38,667 nucleotides of DNA from a bacterium. GTDB taxonomy: Bacteria > RUG730. Positions 36,839-38,667 of the stretch are shown piece after piece. Position numbers and translations under genes: made by a program. Position 1 is the stretch's first letter. Each line of letters opens with the position of its first letter. Under the pieces are notes generated by a model. That model saw only the letters and a program-made list of their open reading frames with translations, did no database searches and was not told where the DNA came from. The stretch is taken from the NCBI GenBank assembly GCA_031551405.1, contig JAVBNQ010000010.1, positions 62,001 to 100,667 on the forward strand, read 5' to 3'.

Positions 36839-37807
36839 TTATTTAATTTTGACGCGTTTTATTCGACGAAAGCCGGAGCATTCGATGAAATTTAATTTCC
36901 CAAGCTTTTTTTCCAGAGAGTCAAACAGTAAGTTCATGCCAAGATTGTCGCTCGATATATGTCCAGCGATAATCACGTTTATGTTTTGTTCTTTTGCTTT
37001 TTTAACATGCGACTCGCTTAAATGCATCCCGACGATGGTTCCAATACCTGCGTTCGCTAATTTTTCAATGGCAACAGCCGGTCCTTCGGTGCCACCGGTC
37101 ATGTCAACATAAATTTTACCAGCCCGGCTCTCTTTCCCGCCATTCAAAATACGAGGAGCATTATTGTTTTTGTAAGAAATTTGATATTCCTCAATTTCAA
37201 GCAATAAATCCAAAATTTCGCCTAGCTTTTTTGGTTTTTTTGTATCAAACAAGTTTTCCAAAAATGTTGAGACACAATTATCGGCCGGTGTGTGAACGCC
37301 TATGAATGGAATTTCCAAAAGTTTTGCAGTATCTGTCGCTCGAGAATAATTCACCGGAAGCAAACTTTTTGAAATCTCGTCGATACGACAATTTATGATG
37401 TTCTCGGAAATGTTGATCGGGACACCAAATTTGTGAAGCATGTCAGCTTGCAAATTCATAACTTCAGCTAAATTGGTGAGCCCGTTTCCCTCGGGATGAT
37501 GCGTAATTGCAAGGTCTATTTTTTTGCCTTTTGCGATCAGCCTGTCCGCCAAAAGTAATTCAGGGGTCTCGATATCAATCCCGACTATTACGTTTTTAAT
37601 TTCTTCGTCATCGGATCCAAAATAAATCCTCGAATCTAAGTATGGATTTTCTAGTTTGTCAGTGTCAAAATATTTCTTTTCTTTCTCAGGCAAAGCTTTA
37701 AAATTTTTTTTGGCTTCGCCTAGCAATCTTACGACTTCTTTTTTGCCTCGAGGATCGTTTTCAATCCCGATATTTATGAGTTCGCTAAATAACTTTTTTA
37801 ATTTCAT
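36839..37807 (-). CDS. Nif3 (NGG1p-interacting factor 3)-like dinuclear metal-centre protein
   Basis: VGID, THHP, HTPADN and [10 protein letters not shown] metal-ligand motifs. Confidence 0.85.
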   Translation of the reverse strand: MKLKKLFSELINIGIENDPRGKKEVVRLLGEAKKNFKALPEKEKKYFDTDKLENPYLDSRIYFGSDDEEIKNVIVGIDIETPELLLADRLIAKGKKIDLAITHHPEGNGLTNLAEVMNLQADMLHKFGVPINISENIINCRIDEISKSLLPVNYSRATDTAKLLEIPFIGVHTPADNCVSTFLENLFDTKKPKKLGEILDLLLEIEEYQISYKNNNAPRILNGGKESRAGKIYVDMTGGTEGPAVAIEKLANAGIGTIVGMHLSESHVKKAKEQNINVIIAGHISSDNLGMNLLFDSLEKKLGKLNFIECSGFRRIKRVKIK

Positions 37808-38013
37808 TTCTTTTTTCTTACTTGCGTTTTTGTTGTTTTTCGCCTAAATTTCCTTTTTAATTCTTGCATTTGTTTCTTTTTTTTAAGGCTTGGACTCTCA
37901 TAATATTCTCGTTTTTTTATCTCTTGCATTATTCCGGCTTTCTCGCATTCTCTCTTAAATCTTCTTAATGCTTCATCAACAGATTCTTTTTCTTTTACAA
38001 GTACTTTTGTCAT
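37804..38013 (-). CDS. rpsU: 30S ribosomal protein S21
   Basis: [12 protein letters not shown]...[22 protein letters not shown]. Confidence 0.96.
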   Translation of the reverse strand: MTKVLVKEKESVDEALRRFKRECEKAGIMQEIKKREYYESPSLKKKKQMQELKRKFRRKTTKTQVRKKK

Positions 38014-38044
38014 ATTTTTCTCCTAAAATATTCTTAATTAATTT

Positions 38045-38392
38045 TTAAAAATGAGGAAAATCTAATTTTTTACCTGCCAAAACGTGAAAATGCAAGTGAG
38101 GAACTTCCTGACCACCATTTTCCCCGCAATTGACAATTATCCTAAAACCTTCCTCGTGAAATCCCAACTCTTTCGATACAAGATTAATTGCCAGCCAAAT
38201 CTGCGAAATATATTGCGCGTTCGTTTCATTCACAGAAATTGCTGATTCGATATGCTTTTTTGGAATAAAAATCAGATGAATCGGCGCTTTCGGGTTTATG
38301 TCCTTGAAAGCCAAAACATCCTCGTTTTCATAGACAATATCCGCTTTTATTTTCTTGTCTATAATACCACAAAAAATACAGTTTTGCATCAT
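38045..38392 (-). CDS. Histidine triad nucleotide-binding protein (HinT/Hit)
   Basis: CIFC, AFKDINPKAPIH and GQEVPHLHFH; start ATG 38392 or 38389 after AAGGCGG, not 38458. Confidence 0.95.
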   Translation of the reverse strand: MMQNCIFCGIIDKKIKADIVYENEDVLAFKDINPKAPIHLIFIPKKHIESAISVNETNAQYISQIWLAINLVSKELGFHEEGFRIIVNCGENGGQEVPHLHFHVLAGKKLDFPHF

Positions 38393-38534
38393 CACCGCCT
38401 TGTTTTTTATTAGCAGATCGAATTTTGATATAATAAAAAAGTCTATCGCAAAAATCAAGTAATATTTGAATTTTTCGCTTGTTTAATTGAAGCAAAATTT
38501 TATACTGTCCCCAATTAACAAAATGGATTTACAT

Positions 38535-38574
38535 AAAAAAATCGCCCACCGGCCTTTTACAACCGGTAGGCGAT
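38535..38574 (-). terminator. Rho-independent terminator for the gene entering from the right edge
   Basis: Minus strand reads ATCGCCTACCGGTT-GTAA-AAGGCCGGTGGGCGAT followed by a T-tract. Confidence 0.85.
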
Positions 38575-38604
38575 CTAAACTCACGAAATAATCTTTGTCT
38601 ATCC

Positions 38605-38667
38605 TTAGGCTGCTGACGCCATGTTTTTGTAATCTGTAATTAGATCTTTTGAAGCTTTGCTATCCAA
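38605..38667 (-). CDS. 3' end of an unidentified CDS (...LDSKASKDLITDYKNMASAA*)
   Basis: Open frame from the window edge to TAA at 38605-38607, followed ~30 nt later by a terminator. Confidence 0.55.
   Translation of the reverse strand: MDSKASKDLITDYKNMASAA

Noticed and set aside
38605-38667. Peptide ending ...NMASAA* resembles a tmRNA tag
   Set aside because: A terminator follows within ~30 nt and there is no downstream pseudoknot region or tRNA-like 3' end; an ordinary CDS end is more likely.

Overview
AT-rich chromosomal segment of a diderm (LPS-making) bacterium, almost entirely core housekeeping genes. The gene set (lpxB, LptA-like, spoVG, rny, short FtsH, autotransporter remnant) would fit Elusimicrobiota or a similar deep-branching lineage, but that is inference only. 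Left end: a partial minus-strand GlgC/GlgD-family gene with degenerate catalytic motifs. A long plus-strand run follows: SIMPL, MATE, lpxB, zapB-like, zapA, 6S RNA, rarA, 5-formyl-THF cyclo-ligase, rny, ftsH, lipoprotein, aroA, class I aminotransferase, rimI, TPR protein, ispE, spoVG, tRNA-Gln, glmU, LTA-synthase family, prs, rplY, pth, mgtE, DUF4015-like glycoside hydrolase, LptA-like, autotransporter remnant, M23 peptidase, bactofilin, SurA-N, acpS-like, fabZ-like. It converges on a minus-strand run: HIT, rpsU, Nif3, dnaG, rpoD, tRNA(CAT), zinc-ribbon protein, RNase HI. No CRISPR array, transposase, integrase or prophage is visible. The most unusual items are: (i) a ~0.9 kb non-coding, highly structured region beside the tRNA(CAT) 3' end, holding a ~313 bp hairpin element flanked by an exact 13 bp direct repeat plus degenerate and inverted partial copies; (ii) an internally deleted autotransporter whose N-terminus is joined to its last beta-barrel strands; (iii) a probable TPR-LolB-like fusion; (iv) several divergent or pseudo-enzyme-like proteins; (v) a long hairpin in the mgtE leader.
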